Assembly: GCA_036785375.1 (NCBI GenBank)
Contig: JAWMAR010000086.1
Location: 2,418,001 to 2,482,000 of the forward strand
Length of the DNA stretch: 64,000 nucleotides
Origin: Leucoraja ocellata
Lineage: Eukaryota
Reading direction: 5' to 3'
Below the pieces are notes generated by a model, which was not told the DNA's origin, did not search any database, and was given only the letters and a program-made list of their open reading frames with translations. Shown piece by piece: positions 12,628-26,220 of this stretch (position 1 is its first letter; every line of letters starts with the position of its first letter). The position numbers and the translations under genes are program-made.

Positions 12628-12846
12628 GGCGGCATGGTGGCGCAGCGGTAGAATTGCTGCCTTACAGTGTGCCCAGCACCAGAGACCCGGGTTCGATCCC
12701 AACTACGGGCGCTGCCTGTTATGAGTTTGTATATTTTCCCTGTGACCTTTGTGGGTTTTCGTTGAGATCTTTGATATCGCCCCAAACTCCAAAGGCGTAC
12801 AGGTTTTTAGGTTAATCGACTTGGTAAATGTAAAATTGGTCCTAAT
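12628..12846 (+). mobile_element. HE1-type SINE 5' part, split by a CR1 insertion
   Basis: ggcggcatggtggcgcagcggtag, gggttcgatccc; stops at aaattggtcccta and resumes at 16546. Confidence 0.85.
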
Positions 12847-15800
12847 TAGAAAATAGGTGCAGGGGGGGGGGGCATTTGGCATTTCGAGCCAGCACCGTCA
12901 TTCACTGTGGTCATGGTTGTTTATCCACAACCAGTAACCCGTGCCTGCCTTTTCCCCATATCCCTAGATTCCACTAGTCCCTAGACCTCTCTCTCTTTTA
13001 AATCCATCCAGCGAATTGGCCTCTGCTGCCTTCTGTGGCAGAGAATTCCACAATTTCGCAACTCAATGGGTGAAATTTTTTTTCTCATCTCAGTTTTAAA
13101 TGGCCTCTCCTTTATTCTTAGACTGTGCCCCCTATTTCTGGACTCCCCCAACATTGGGAACATTTTTCCTACATCTAGCTTGTCCAGTCCATTTATAATT
13201 TTATATGTTTCTATAAGATCTCCTCTCATCCTTCTAAATTCCAGTGAATACAAGCCCAGTCTTTCCAATCTTCCCTCATATGACAGTCTTGCCATCCCGG
13301 GGATTAACCTCGTGAACCTTTGCTGCGCTGCCTCAATAGCAAGGATGTCCTTCCTCAAATTAGGAGACCAAAATTGCACACAATATCCCAGATGTCGTCA
13401 CTCCAAGGCCCTGTACCACAGCAGAATTGCCTCTTTACTCCTATACTCAAATCCTGTCAATATGAAGGGCAACATGCCATTAGCTTTCTTCACTACCTGC
13501 TGTACCTGTGTGTTTACTTTCAGTGACTGGTGTACAAGGACACCCAGGTCTCGTTGCACTTCCCTTTTTCCTAATCTGACACCATTGCGATAATAATCTG
13601 CCTCCTTCTTCTTGCTGCCAAAGTGAATAATCTCACATTTATCTACATTATACTGCATCTGCCATGCATCTGCCCACTCACTGAACCTGTCCAAGTCACC
13701 TGCAATCTCCTAGCATCCTCTTCGCAGTTTACACTGCCACCCAGCTTTGTGTCATCTGTAAAGTTGTTAGGTAGACAAAAATGCTGGAGAAACTCAGTGG
13801 GTGAGGCAGCATCTATGGAGCGAAGGAAATAGGCAAAGTTTCGGGTCAAAACCCTTCTTCAGACAAGTTGCTAGTGTTACTTTTAATCCCATCATCTAAA
13901 ACATTAATATATATTATAAATAGTTGTGGCCCCAGCACCGAGCCTTGCAGCACTCCACTCGCCACTGCCTGCCATTCAGACAGGGACCCGTTTATTCCTA
14001 CTCTTTGTTTCGTGTCTGCCAACCAATTCTCTATCCATGTCAATACCCAACCCCCAATATCATGTGCTCTAATTTTCCCCACTAATCTCCCGTGTGGGAC
14101 CTTATCAAAGGCTTTCTGAAAGTCCAGATACACTACATCCACTGGCTCTCCTTCTTCCATTTTACTTGTCACACCCTCAAAAGCAGGATTTCCCCTTCAT
14201 AAATCCATGATGACTTGGACCAATCCTTTTACTGCTATCCAAATGCTTCGTTATTACTTCTTTAATAATTGACTCCAGCACCTTCCCCACCACCGATGTC
14301 AGGCTAACTAGACTGTAATTCCCCGTTTCCTCTCTCGCTCCTTTCTTGAAAAGTGGGATAACATTAGCTACTCTCCAATCCACGGGAACTGATCCTGAAT
14401 CTATCGAACATTGGAAAATGATCACCAATGCGTCCACGATTTATAGAGCCACTTCCTTGAGTACCCTGGGCTGCAGACCATCAGGTCCTGGGGATTTATC
14501 AGCCTTTAGTCCCATCAGTCTGCCCAATACTATTTCTCACCTAATGCAAATTTCTTTCGGCGTCTCTGTCTCCCTAGATCCTGTAGTACATCTGGGAGAT
14601 TGTTAGTTCTTCCTTAGAGAATAGAGAACCAAAGCACCTGTTCAACTGTTCTGCCATTTCCTTGTCCCCCATAATAATTGCACCTGTTTCTGCCTTCAAG
14701 GGACCCACATTGGGCTTTACTAATCTTTTTGTCTGAGCACACCTAAAGAGGCTTTTACTATTCTTCTTTATATTCTTGGCCAACTTACCCTCGTACTTCA
14801 TCTTTTCACCCCGTATTGCCCTTTTTGTTACTTTTTGTTGTCCTTTGAAAGTTTCCCAATCCTCTGGCTTCCAGCTACTCTTTGTTATGTTATACACCTT
14901 TTCTTTTACTTTTATTGCATCCCTAACTTCCCTTGTCAGCCACAGTTGCCTCTTACTCCCCTTAGAATCTTTCATCCTCTTTGGAATGAAATGATCCTGC
15001 ATCTTCTGGATTATGCTCAGAAATTCCTGCCATTGCTGTTCCACCATCATTCCTGCTAGGATCCTTTTCCAGTCGACCTTGGCCAGCTCCTCTCCCCTGC
15101 CTTCATATTCCCCTTTGTTCAACTGCAAAACTGACACTTTTGATTTAACCTTCTCCCTCTCAAATTGCAGATTAAAACTTATCATATCATGGTCACTACC
15201 TCCTTGCAGTTCCTTTACCTTGAGTTCCCTTATTAAATCTGGTTCATTGGACAACACTAAATCCAAAACAGGCCTCTCTCTGGTAGGCTCCAGTACAAGC
15301 TGCTCTAAGAATCCATCTCGGAGGCACTCTACAAACTCCCTTTTTTGGGGTCCAGTCAGAACCAACCTGATTTTCCCAGTCTACCTGCATATTAAAATCT
15401 CCCACAACCACCTTTGTTACATGCCAATTTTAACTTCTGCCGCAACTTGCACCCTATATCCAGGCTACTGTTTGGGGGCCTGTAGATAACTCCCATTAGT
15501 GTCTTCTTACCTTTACAATTCCTCAATTCTATCCACAGTGACTATACATTGTCAGTCCCCATGTCACTCCTCGCAAGGGACTGAATTTCATCCCTCGCAA
15601 ACAGAACTACCCCACCTCCTCTGCCCACCTGCCTGTCCTCCTGCAGCCATGTCTTTGTAATCCCTACAATATCATATCTACCAATCTCTAACTGAGCCTC
15701 AAGCTCATCCACTTTACTCCTTATACTTCGTGCATTCATATATAATACTTTTAAACCATTACTCACCTCACCTTTCACATTGATTCCTATTTCACTTGGC

Positions 15801-16545
15801 CATACTCTCCTATCCTTTCGTGAGCTTTCTGCCCCGTTACTTTTGGTGTCTTTTTTAACTTTTCCTATACTCTCTTCCCCTTTAACTCCATCCTTGTATT
15901 TCCAATTTGTCTCCCCCCATCCCCCACTATTTAGTTTAAACACACCTGTGTAGCAGTGGCAAACCTGCCTGCCAGAATGCTGGTCCCCCGTCTGTTAAGG
16001 TGCAACCTGTCCCTTTTGTACAATTCACCCTTACCCCAAAACAGATCCTAGTGGTCTAAGAATCTAAATCCCTGCCCCCTGCACCAGCTCCTCAGCCACA
16101 CATTCCAATCCCTTATCTCTCTGTTCCTGCCGTCACCAGCACGAGGAACTGGAAGCAAACTGGTGATAATCACCCAGGAGGTCTAGCTTTTCAGCCTTCT
16201 TCCGAGCTCTCTAAAGTCACGCAGCATAATCTCTTTCCTCTTCTTCCTGACGTCATTTGTGCCTCCATGCACTACCACTTCCGGCTGCTCACCTTCATCC
16301 CTGAGGATGCCCTGCAATCTGTCAGTGAAGTCCTGGATCCTGGCACCAGGGAGGCAACACACCACCCTTGAATCCCGGCTGTTGCTGCAGAAACTCCAGT
16401 CTGTACGTCTCACGATGGAGTCCCCGACTACCACGGCTCTGCCTGACGTCTGTTTCTCGGCTTTGCTTCAGCGCCACGTTTAGACTCGCAGACCTGTCCG
16501 CCGCTCAGACTGGCAGTGTCTTCTGCCCCGACAGCTTCCAAGAGG
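12847..16545 (-). mobile_element. Long CR1-clade LINE, disrupted: ORF1 SGNH esterase, ORF2 APE endonuclease and RT
   Basis: VVGDSIVR...CLPGARIQD...VHGGTND (16183..16434); LYMNARSIRSK...IVGITKTWL; GSDH; YLDFQKAFDKVPH, QGSVLGP; several frameshifts and deletions. Confidence 0.95.
13767..13864 (-). mobile_element. Solo PLE terminal-repeat fragment inserted in the CR1 RT region
   Basis: 6-bp TSD aagttg (13761-13766, 13865-13870); motif ctgaagaagggttttgacccgaaacttt on the minus strand. Confidence 0.85.
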
Positions 16546-16670
16546 GTGTGTAGGATTGCGTGTAGGGTAGTGTTAATGGGTGAGGATCGCTGGTCGGTTC
16601 GGACCCGGTGGGCCGAAGGGCCTGTTTCCGCGCTGTATCTCTAAACTAAACTAATAAAAACTAAACTAAA
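16546..16670 (+). mobile_element. HE1-type SINE 3' part
   Basis: gtgtgtagg...gggccgaagggcctgtttccgcgctgtatctctaaactaaactaa continues the SINE at 12628-12846. Confidence 0.85.
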
Positions 16671-17834
16671 AGCAGGATTTTCTAGATATGCAACCCACTG
16701 AGATGTAAATATGATTGGAACTATTTTATGACTTAAAGGTTTAATGTCGATAAACGTCCAAATGGTCTGCCTCTGCCATCCACATATGTCGATAGGTTTT
16801 TAAACTCTCTTGCCTTGGCAGGATGAGCGAAACATGACATTTTTAACAAAAGCTGTGGTCAACCCTTTGTGTGACAATAGCCTTTTTAATCTCAGAAATA
16901 AAACCATATGTGGAACCACACTGTTCAGTCATGCACTTCCACTTTAGTATTGGGAAATATTGATATTCCACACAGACTTGCCTGGAGGAACCAATCCAAG
17001 ATACTGTGCTCACAGCTGTGAGGAACATTTGCAAACAAAGTGCAAGAATGTATTGGCACAACTAGTACAAGGAGTGCATAAATTTCAGATCACTATCTAC
17101 TGCAGCAAATGCACCATTCCTGTGTTTATCGGGCAATCGTACTATGATGAATGAGGTAAGGGAGGTAGGAGGACGCTCCTTCCAGTTCCAACAACTAACA
17201 CGACTGGCCAAGATGCAAGACTAAATGTAAGCTCTTACATGCTAAAAAAGAAATTGTGAATTATTTGGCAACAGTCAAATTAATCTGCTGTCTATTTGGC
17301 TTTCTCTTGCTTTCGAATGTCTGTGCTTTACAGGAATTTACTTTTAAAAATATTTTTTGAAATGGCTAAACATGACAATTAATCACAAGTGACAATCAGC
17401 TTATAACACTTCCGAAGGATGTGGGGTGTACAACACTAATAGTATGTGGTCCAAGCTTAGTACACTCCAGGCAATCACTTACTGAACATGTTTCTATAAC
17501 ATTGCACGGAATAATGATGAATGATGTTGCGGTATTTAAACCACAAGATATGCGATTCTCTCTGGGGCATCAGCAAAAGGACATGAGAAATGATGCACTG
17601 GCTCTTAACATGAGAGCGTGACACGTCATACCATTGTTAAATGTCACAGAAACAAAGCTTTATGGACAAATCCTAAATGACCATATAAAAAACAGAAATT
17701 TATTTTTCATTATCCAACATTTACATTATCCACATATTCACCTGAAATCCCAAGGGTCACAGCCAGAATTAATTGCCAGGCACTTAAACAATTAAGAAGA
17801 GCAAAGTCGGAAATATGATAAAAAAAAACATAAA

Positions 17835-18408
17835 AGGCACAAAGTTCTGGAGTAACTCGGCAGGTCAGTCAGCATCGCCGACAAACATGGATAGATGACA
17901 TTTTGGGTTGAAACCCTTCTTCAGACTGATGGGTGGGTGGGTGGTGGGGGGGGGGGGGGGTTGTGGAGACAAGAAAGCTGGACGAGGGGAGAGACAGAAC
18001 ATATTGTAGCACGTAATAGATGGACACAGGCAAGGGTTTTTTGATAGGAATATAGTGCGAACAAAGGCCAGAGCTAAAAGTAGATGTGTGAGTGGACAGA
18101 AGAATTGTGAATTGTGAAGCCAGGGGGGGTAGTAGCAGGAGGGAGTGGGGAAGGAAGAAATAGGTGGGAGTCCAGGTGAGTCACAAGGGAGAGGAGTGGA
18201 GGGAGAAAGAAGGGATGAAAGGGGATGTGTGAGTTGGTTGGTATGAGGTTGGTATAAAATTGGAGAATTCAATGTTCATACCATGGGATTGTAAGCTACT
18301 CAAGTGGATTATGAGGTGCTGCTCCTCCAGGTTGAGTGTGGCCTAACTCTGGCAATGGAGGAGTGCCAGGAAGGAAAGGTTAATATGGGAATAGGAAAGG
18401 GAGTTAAC
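17835..18408 (-). mobile_element. Penelope-like element 3' fragment
   Basis: 18260-18408 is homologous to 11155-11310 (GIY-YIG C-terminus); terminal repeat with motif at 17897-17924. Confidence 0.8.
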
Positions 18409-19854
18409 ATGATAAGTTGTGTATTAACCAGGATCTGCAATTGCTTGTTTCCAGATTTAAAAAAAAAATCATAATTGATGTATTATGTGGTTAGAAACCT
18501 TCACTACTTTGATAAGTATGACCTTTTAGAACATTCCCAACTTATGATTTGTTGCATGGTTCAGTCCGCATCATCTATTGATCTTGCACACATTCACACG
18601 CCATAAGGGCAGCAGTGATGCTCACAGTGTTGCTCATGATGAGTTTAACCTACATGGGGGGTTTTCAAGTACGTAAGCCCCTGTCCATCTCTTGCCTGAT
18701 GTGTAATGGGTCTGATAAGCATGTTTCCTGGGTACACAATCATCTGCAGTTCCTTCTTGAACAGCATGTTTCCTGGATTCAGTTGAGGCAATGACTGATT
18801 GTCTAGACACAGGGGATGATGTAATTGTGGCATTTATAGTTTTTCAGAAGGTATCAAATAAGACATCTCAGAAAAGGTTTGTTACAAAGATTCTGAAATG
18901 CTGCAGCATTGATCAAAACTTTGTGGATTGTCTGAAAGTCAAAGGTCAGGATTAAAGGATGCTCTTTGGTTTGGAACAAGTTTGGAAAGAGTATCCCATA
19001 GAGATGGCTGGGCTACTTTTTTTCTCTCGACATGTTTCTGACTTGCACTTTGATATAGAAATGTTGCTGTCAAAATATGTAACAACATTAAAGTAAAGCA
19101 GTTGACAGTGAGGAAGACGTCGAGGCAGCAGATCAATGGTACATGCAATTAATTTGGAAAAGCGTAAGACAAGATACATTTTAGGAAGATAAATGATGAA
19201 AAGGAAGCTCATGGTAAGATGCTGTTGGGACGATACATAGCAGAACATATAAATAATTACTGCCTCAGTTAGAGTGGATGTTTATTCATAGAAAGGACAT
19301 TGTAGCTGCTGAGATCAAACAACTGATTTATCAAAATGGTTGGGCTGAGAAATAATAGCTAACAGGAGGGTTTTAGTAAGAATACAGTATATCCACAAAT
19401 GGGAAAACTAAGAGATCAGAAAATAATATTTAAAATTATAGTATAATAAGCAGAAAAAGTTGATGTACACTGGTGGAACCACAGTCACCCGCTGAGTTAC
19501 TCCAGCACTGGTTTTTTTGCACAAGGTTTTGGAGGTTGACAGCTGGTGAGATTCCTTCTCTGGTTGAATAGATGAGTTCCTACTTGCATTTCATTAGATG
19601 TTGGAGATATAATGGTAAATAAATACTTCTAATTAAACCATGGGTTAAGCTTTGTTAATTTGTATTGGTGGCATTTTACCTTAATCAGGTTGATATGCAG
19701 TTTATTTTCCACGTGAAATGTGATACCAGGGGTTTTGAAATGTGTTTTGAAACCCATTGCATGTTTAACAGCAAGCTCCACATTTTGCTGACATAATTAA
19801 CATCGACACTGCTATCGTTTCTTTCAAAGGAAATGTTTTGCCAACCAACCCAGT

Positions 19855-20175
19855 TAAACCCGTCCCACGGTACGAGTTCATTCCAAGAGTTCTCCCCAGT
19901 TTGCCCTGATTCGAACTCGGAGATTTACGGTAATGGCCACTCATCGGTACTCGGGGCTCTCGTGGACATTTTTCACCATGATGAAAAATCTTCACAAGTC
20001 TTCCCGTGCTTAGCTGCCGTTAGCGAGTCTTCCCGAGTACCTGCCGTTAGCGCTAAGAGACGTTTCCGAACTCCGACGTACCTGCTACGTTCATTCTCCG
20101 TGCTTACCACGAGTTTGATTTTTTTTTAACTCGGGAGAGCTCTTGGAATGAACTCGTACCGTGGGACAGGGCTAT
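19855..20175. mobile_element. MITE family B (Harbinger-like termini)
   Basis: TIR gtcccacggtacgagttcattccaagag / ctcttggaatgaactcgtaccgtgggac. Confidence 0.85.
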
Positions 20176-20942
20176 TAGGTCTGAAGGATATTTGGCCGTA
20201 TTGCACGGTTCATCTCACGAGTTGTACAATTCGGTGGGTTCACTCTGCACATGGAATCCTTCAAATGTTTATCAAGTTGCTGAAAGTGTGAGTTCATGAA
20301 TAGAAACATGAGCTTCTTGAACATAAACTACAGAGAAAGCCACAGTGCTGCTCTTTGCCCAATCAAATCAAAGGGCAGTGAAGTTTATAAGGACCGAGAA
20401 GCCAGACAGTTAGTAGAATATTCTTGCAAAATTAGTGGTGGCATAACTCAACCTGGAGAGCAGTTTGTTTGCATATCTGGGTCTAACCACACATCTGCCT
20501 CAACAACCTGATATTTATGACAAATTGTAGAGAACCACGTTTGAGTATCATCAGCTTCACAGCTATTTTATAAAATCTGCAGTTATACGAGCCCTTTCAG
20601 AGACCAAACCCCTCCAAAGTGCACTGCTTTCAGATAGTTAGTCAAACAGTTTTGTTCTATGGTCATTGAGGTAGTTTTGTGAAACTTTTTGCCAATTCCA
20701 AATTACAAATCATATATATTGGCAATAAAGCTACATATAAAAATATGTTATACTAATCTGGACACAGAGTGACATAATTGGTAGTAATTTCTGAAAACAT
20801 ATTTAGTGGTTTACAAATGTTTTAAACTCATGGGAGAAACCTCACACACATCATATTAACAGTAACTCTTTGTCCAAGGACAAACCAATGTAGTGTAACA
20901 TTTTCCATTGCCTTCCAGGCTTTTGTTTCAAAATTGACTGAT

Positions 20943-21237
20943 TTTTTAGTTTAGTTTAGGGATGCAGTGCGGAAACAGGTCCTTCGGCCCACCGCACCGA
21001 CCAGCTATCCTACACACACTAGGGACAATTTAGACTTATCCCAAGCCAATTACCCAACAAACCTGCACGTCTTTGGAGTGTGGGACGAAACAGAAGATCT
21101 TAGAGAAAACCCACGCCATCATGGGGAGAAAGTACAAACTTCGTACAGACAGCACCCGTAGTCGGGATTGAACCCAGGTCTCCGGTGCAGCATGCTCTGT
21201 AAGGCAGCAACTCTACCGCTGCGCCATCGTGCCGCCA
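20943..21237 (-). mobile_element. HE1-type SINE with internal deletion
   Basis: tttagtttag tail; ends ctctaccgctgcgccatcgtgccgcc. Confidence 0.85.
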
Positions 21238-21489
21238 TTAGGATGCTTGAAACTGCCATCAGTTTGCAGACCACATGTACTCTATATTTCAATTGCCTTT
21301 TGGTCCACAACATTGAGGGGCAAATTAGAGGCAATCCCATTTTTTGCATTAATAATAGATTTAGCCTGATCTATTCCAAGGCAGCCTGAAAATATATGGC
21401 GAGAACAAATATATTATACAAGACTGACAAGATGAAGAATTCCAAAATAATTGAGGTTTTCCTTCTATGCTTCTAAATAGGCATTTACA

Positions 21490-21695
21490 TAAGAAAAAAG
21501 AGTAGGCTTGTAATAATGTCTCTTTGTTCAAGATTCTCCCACTTGTGGAATCTCAACATCTCCCTGTCTTGCTCCCGCACTCCACCACCAAGGATCTTAA
21601 ATGTTTCAATAAGACCACCCCTCCTCAAAAAATATAAATGTAATTTATTTAGTTGCTCATGATGGCACAAACTTCTCATCCCAGGAACTACTCTG
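21490..21695 (-). mobile_element. Old CR1 RT C-terminal fragment
   Basis: ORF 21485..21679 (LRRGGLIETFKIL). Confidence 0.55.
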
Positions 21696-21741
21696 CCACA
21701 TCTCCTTTTACCTTTAACACTGGTATATTAACATACTCTTA

Positions 21742-22039
21742 AGGCCCTGTCCCACGATACGAGTTTACCCAAGAGCTCTTCCGAGTTTAAAAAAAAAATC
21801 AAACTCGTGATAAGTATGTAGAATGTACATAGCGGGTACATCAGAGCTCGTGGATGTCTCATAGCGGTTCGTAATGGTAACGGCAGGTACTCGGGAAACG
21901 CGGACACGCGTGAAGTTTTTTCAACAGGGTGAAAAATTTCCAAGAGTAAATAAATACTCATGATGCAGTACCACGAGTTTGATTTTTTTTTTAAATTCGG
22001 GAGAGCTCTTAGGTGAATTCGCATCATGGGACAGGGGCT
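21742..22039. mobile_element. MITE family B copy, inverted relative to 19855-20175
   Basis: ttaaggccctgtcccac ... gggacaggggcttaa; long subterminal inverted repeats (gagtttaaaaaaaaaatcaaactcgtg). Confidence 0.85.
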
Positions 22040-22227
22040 TAACACAAACAATCTTCCACCTTAGTCCTGCTGCAGGATCTTGACCCAATATGTTAGCATA
22101 CTTCTTTTGTCTGCCAGATGCTGCTTGAACCATTGAGTTTTTCCATCTTACTGTTCTTTGTTACAGATTCCAGCATCTATAGTTTATTTTGTGTTTTGAT
22201 CAGTCATTAACAAACATTGTGCATTGT

Positions 22228-22703
22228 AGGTTCACGAGGTTAATTCCTGGGATGGCGGGACTGTCATATTATGATAGAATGGAGCGGCTGGGCTGTATAC
22301 TCTGGAATTTAGAAAGATGAGTGGCGATCTTATTGAAACATGTAAGATTATTAAGGGATTGGAAACGATAGAGGCAGGAAACATGTTTCCGATGTTGGGG
22401 GAGTCCAGAACCAGGGCCACAGTTTATGAATAAGGGGTAGGCATTCAGAACAGAGATGAGGAAAAACCTTTTCACCCAGAGAGTTGTGAATCTGTGGAAT
22501 TCTATGCCTCAGAAGGCAGTGGAGGCCATTTCTCTGGATGCTTTCAAGAGAGAGTTAGATGGAGCTCTTAAAAATAATGGATTCAAGGGATATGGCGAGA
22601 AGGCAGGAATGGGGTACTGATTGTGGATGATCAGCCATGATCACATTGAATGGAAGCGCTGGCTTGAGGGGCCGAATGCCCTACTCCTGCACCTATTGTC
22701 TAT
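22228..22703 (+). mobile_element. CR1 3' fragment
   Basis: aggttcacgaggttaattcctgggatggcggg ... ctactcctgcacctattgtctat. Confidence 0.9.
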
Positions 22704-23340
22704 TAACTCTGTGGCAGTATTAATCTGCATGTTTGTTTTTACTCAATACATTTTTAAAAAATCATATTCTTTATTAAATATAGGTACTGTTGGCAAAGCC
22801 GACACTTAAGACCTGTCCATAAGTGCTCTCGAAAAGTTAATGGTGAGCCCTATTCTTGAACCACCGCTGTCCTTCTGGTGCTCAACTCAATAGTGCCAAT
22901 GGAAATATTCCATTACACTCCTGAATAATAGATGTTGGAACATAAGAGTGCCCAGAAGTGAATCAGTCATGACAGCATTCTCACCTCTGACCAGGTCTTA
23001 CAGTGTTTTTGTTGGCTGTTCTATTGGAATTTTAGTGAACTAGTGACTCCAAGATATTGCTGTTATTCTACTTAACGTAATTGGCAGGTAATTAGACTCT
23101 TTCATGTCAGAGGTAATAAACGCCTGACACTTTTGTGGCACAATTATAACTTGACCTTTACCAGCCATGCTTAGGAGTCATTGCAGGAGCTTCACAGGGC
23201 AGTGTCACATGCCAAATCATATTCAGCAGCCTCTTCCTCCACCCATAAATTCAGATGAGGGAATTTTGCTGATGACTGCCAAATGTTTAACTTCATCTGC
23301 AACTCCTTTCCTCAATAGTCAATTTGTTTGCCACCAAGGA

Positions 23341-23615
23341 TAGACACAAAATGCTGGAGTAACTCAGTGTGTCAGGCAGCAAGTCTGGAGAAAAGGAGTA
23401 GGTGATGCTTCAAGTCGGAACCCTTCTTCAGATTGAAATAAAGAGATGGGGGGGGGGGGGGGGGGGGGAGGTGCTACTGGAGGCGAGAGACGGTAGAACA
23501 AAACAGGGCTGGCAACAGATGACCTCAGGAAGGGTGGAGTCCATAATGACCCGTTGTTGGCTGAGGAGGATTTGCTAACGACAGGAATACAAGGATGTGG
23601 ACACTGGAGCTTGTA
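23341..23615 (-). mobile_element. PLE 3'/terminal-repeat fragment with poly-G tract
   Basis: tagacacaaaatgctggagtaactcag...cccttcttcaga. Confidence 0.75.
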
Positions 23616-23759
23616 GGACATCAATAGAGCATTAAGGACTTCACTCTTCCTGATTCATTCCATGTAGGAGCTGAGTGTTCCCATGGTTCAGAAATGCATG
23701 ATATTGCCAGTTGAAGCAGTTGCATTATCCCTTTCCTTTTCAGCAATGACACAGCTAAA

Positions 23760-24106
23760 TATAGACACAAAGAACAGTAAATACTGATGAACAAAAAAGG
23801 CACAAAGTGCTCCTGCAGCTCAGTGGGTCAGGCAGAATCTCTGGAGAACATGGATAGGTGACGTTTCAGGTTGGGACCCTTCTTCAGATTAATGCAATGT
23901 TGACTCATGTCAATATCATGTTGAAGAAAGGTCCCCGAAACATCATCTGTTCTCCAGAGAATGGGGTTAGGAGGCAGAGATAGATCAGCCTTCATTGAAT
24001 GGTAGAGTAGACTTGATGGGCCAAATTGCCCAATTCTGTTCCTACCACTTATAAGCTTTTGACCTTATGGCCTGCGAGTTATTCCAACACTGTGTCTTAT
24101 AATAAT
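23760..24106. mobile_element. Inverted PLE terminal-repeat pair containing a short CR1 tail (about 23960-24065)
   Basis: 9-bp TSD acagctaaa (23751-23759, 24107-24115); motif at 23860-23887 (-). Confidence 0.75.
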
Positions 24107-24587
24107 ACAGCTAAACGTGCCACAGACGACACTCCTGTAAAAAGTCAATGATATGTTCACTTGCCACTGAAGTTTGCTGCCCTATTCCCTTGCATTGCCA
24201 TGCATGGATGTCTCCGACAAACAAGATCCCATGAAATGGTTGCAGGAAAATCAATTTTAGTGCTCCCAGCAAAAATAATATTTGCTAAGAAGAAATTATC
24301 GATGACATACAACTATTCTTGAAATAAAATTGCCTGAAATGTAATTCTTGTCACCAATTTGCAGTGTCTTTAAAAAATCATTAATAATAAATAAATACGT
24401 GTCGAAAGATATTGCGGTTTATTTGTAAGACAGAACGTGTAACCAAACATTATATATACATGTTTTGTCTTCCAGCTCCTGCTGTGGACAGCCTGTTCTA
24501 ATCAGCATCATTGTCACAGCACTTGACTCTCTGGTACAACAGGCTGTCTTCTCACACAGAACCAGCACGGCATGTCCATGCACATTA

Positions 24588-24825
24588 ATGCCCCTGTCCC
24601 ACTTAGGAAACCTGAACGGAAACCTCTGGAGACTTTGCGCCCCACCCAAGGTTTCCGTGCAGTTCCCGGAGGTTCCCGGAGGTTTTTGTCCGTCTCCCTA
24701 CCCGCTTCCACTACCTGCAACCTCTGGCAACCATCTGCAACCTCTGGGAACCACACGGAAACGCTGGGTGGGGCGCAAAGTCTCCAGAAGTTTCCGTTCA
24801 GGTTTCCTAAGTGGGACAGGGGCAT
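24588..24825. mobile_element. MITE family A, full copy
   Basis: About 70-bp near-perfect TIRs starting atgcccctgtcccacttaggaaacctgaacggaaac; TA flanks. Confidence 0.9.
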
Positions 24826-25299
24826 TACACACAAACATGCCTATTCCACACAGTGGTGACTGAACCAGCAGCGGAGGAGCGACTAACTGGCCGTTGCCAT
24901 TTGCAACCAACTCTATGTCATATGAGTGATCTTAAGATTGGTCACAACGCACATCCATGTGCAAGAAAGAGAATGCATGCAGTATGTGATGAGACGGGCC
25001 TCACTGTGGTCTGGCACCCGCCGAGCTTTACGAATTCCCGCAGAGTTTTATTTCTCAGTCGTAAATCCTGGTTCATTGCTGCAACTAAAGCTCTTTCTTT
25101 GCGTTCAAAACTATTATGTAGACACTTCTTGATCTGCAAACTTTTATGCGGACAACTTCGCGATCAATTGGTGTCACGAGGTGAAATCCCACCACGACAC
25201 AATTGGAAATTTATTTAATTTCATAGAGAAAAATGGAGAATTAAAAATAATGGCTCATTGGCGAGATAACTGTATTGTTAAAGCCTCTCGGAAAATGTC

Positions 25300-26220
25300 C
25301 TCCAGACTCCAAACATCTAATATCTCGCTTTGTGAGTCTATCCACCACCTCTGTATCCACTACCCATCTGAAAGAAGCCTGGTCTACTGAGCTGAATTTC
25401 GAGGTGTCTGACGACACTTCGAATGAAGGTCTGACCAGAATTCAAACTTGTTCGATCAATGTCAGGTATAAACTGATTCAGTTTAAAGTCATCCACAGAC
25501 TCCATTACTCAAAGACCAAATTACATCGAATCTACCCTGCTATTTCTCCATTATGTGACAGATGCAAAAGTGCAGATGGTTCTTTAACACATATTTTCTG
25601 GCTCTGTCCTCATTTACAAAGGGACTGGTCTAAAATATTTAAGTGGTTTTCTGGGGTCTATGGAAAAGATATTCTCCCTGATTCAGAACTGGCACTTTTT
25701 GGATGCTCAGAGACTGCTTTGTACTTCACGTCTGAAGAACAACAAGCACTGATGCTTGGTATGGTGGCAGCCAAGAAAATGATCCTAACAGACTGGAAAT
25801 CATCTACATCCCCCTGCTTCGAAAAATGGCTCAATGGAATGATAATAATCATACAGATGGAAAGGATACGCTTCTACAACTCCAAGGTACCAAACAACTT
25901 TTTAAGTGTTTGGGGACCATTTATCAACCATCTCAAAGTCCAATAATTCCATAATTTCATATTATCTGCAGTGATGTAGTCCTGTGACCTTTACTTCTGC
26001 TTTTGCAATGCATGACTGTGTAGCACCATGTGGATTGTACCAATACTGTTATGTCTGGCGGCTTTGTTTTATTATTAATTTTTTTTTTTTTTTTTTTTTC
26101 CTTCCTTTATTTTCCTGTTGTCTTTTTCAGTTTTTATTTATTTTTTTGTTTGTTTTGTTCTGTATTGTTAAAAAATTGTATAAAATAATAAACATATTTT
26201 TAAAAAAAAATAAAAAAAAA
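25300..26220 (+). mobile_element. 5'-truncated L1/Tx1-clade LINE (ORF2 C-terminus, T-rich 3' UTR, poly(A))
   Basis: Open ORF to 25946 with QFKVIHRLHYS, CDRC-x8-HIFWLC zinc knuckle and AKKMILTDWK; A tail; 52-bp perfect flanking duplication. Confidence 0.92.

Noticed and set aside
13066-13593. 175-aa plus-strand ORF and similar ORFs (14346.., 15013.., 27113.., 28762..)
   Set aside because: Antisense shadows of CR1 ORF2, not independent genes
17090-17156. Plus-strand exon candidate (tttcag...GAG gtaagg)
   Set aside because: Isolated, peptide not recognised, no partner exons
24465-24910. Mirror-image ORFs on both strands (MPLSHLGNLNGN / APVPLRKPERK)
   Set aside because: Artefact of the palindromic MITE
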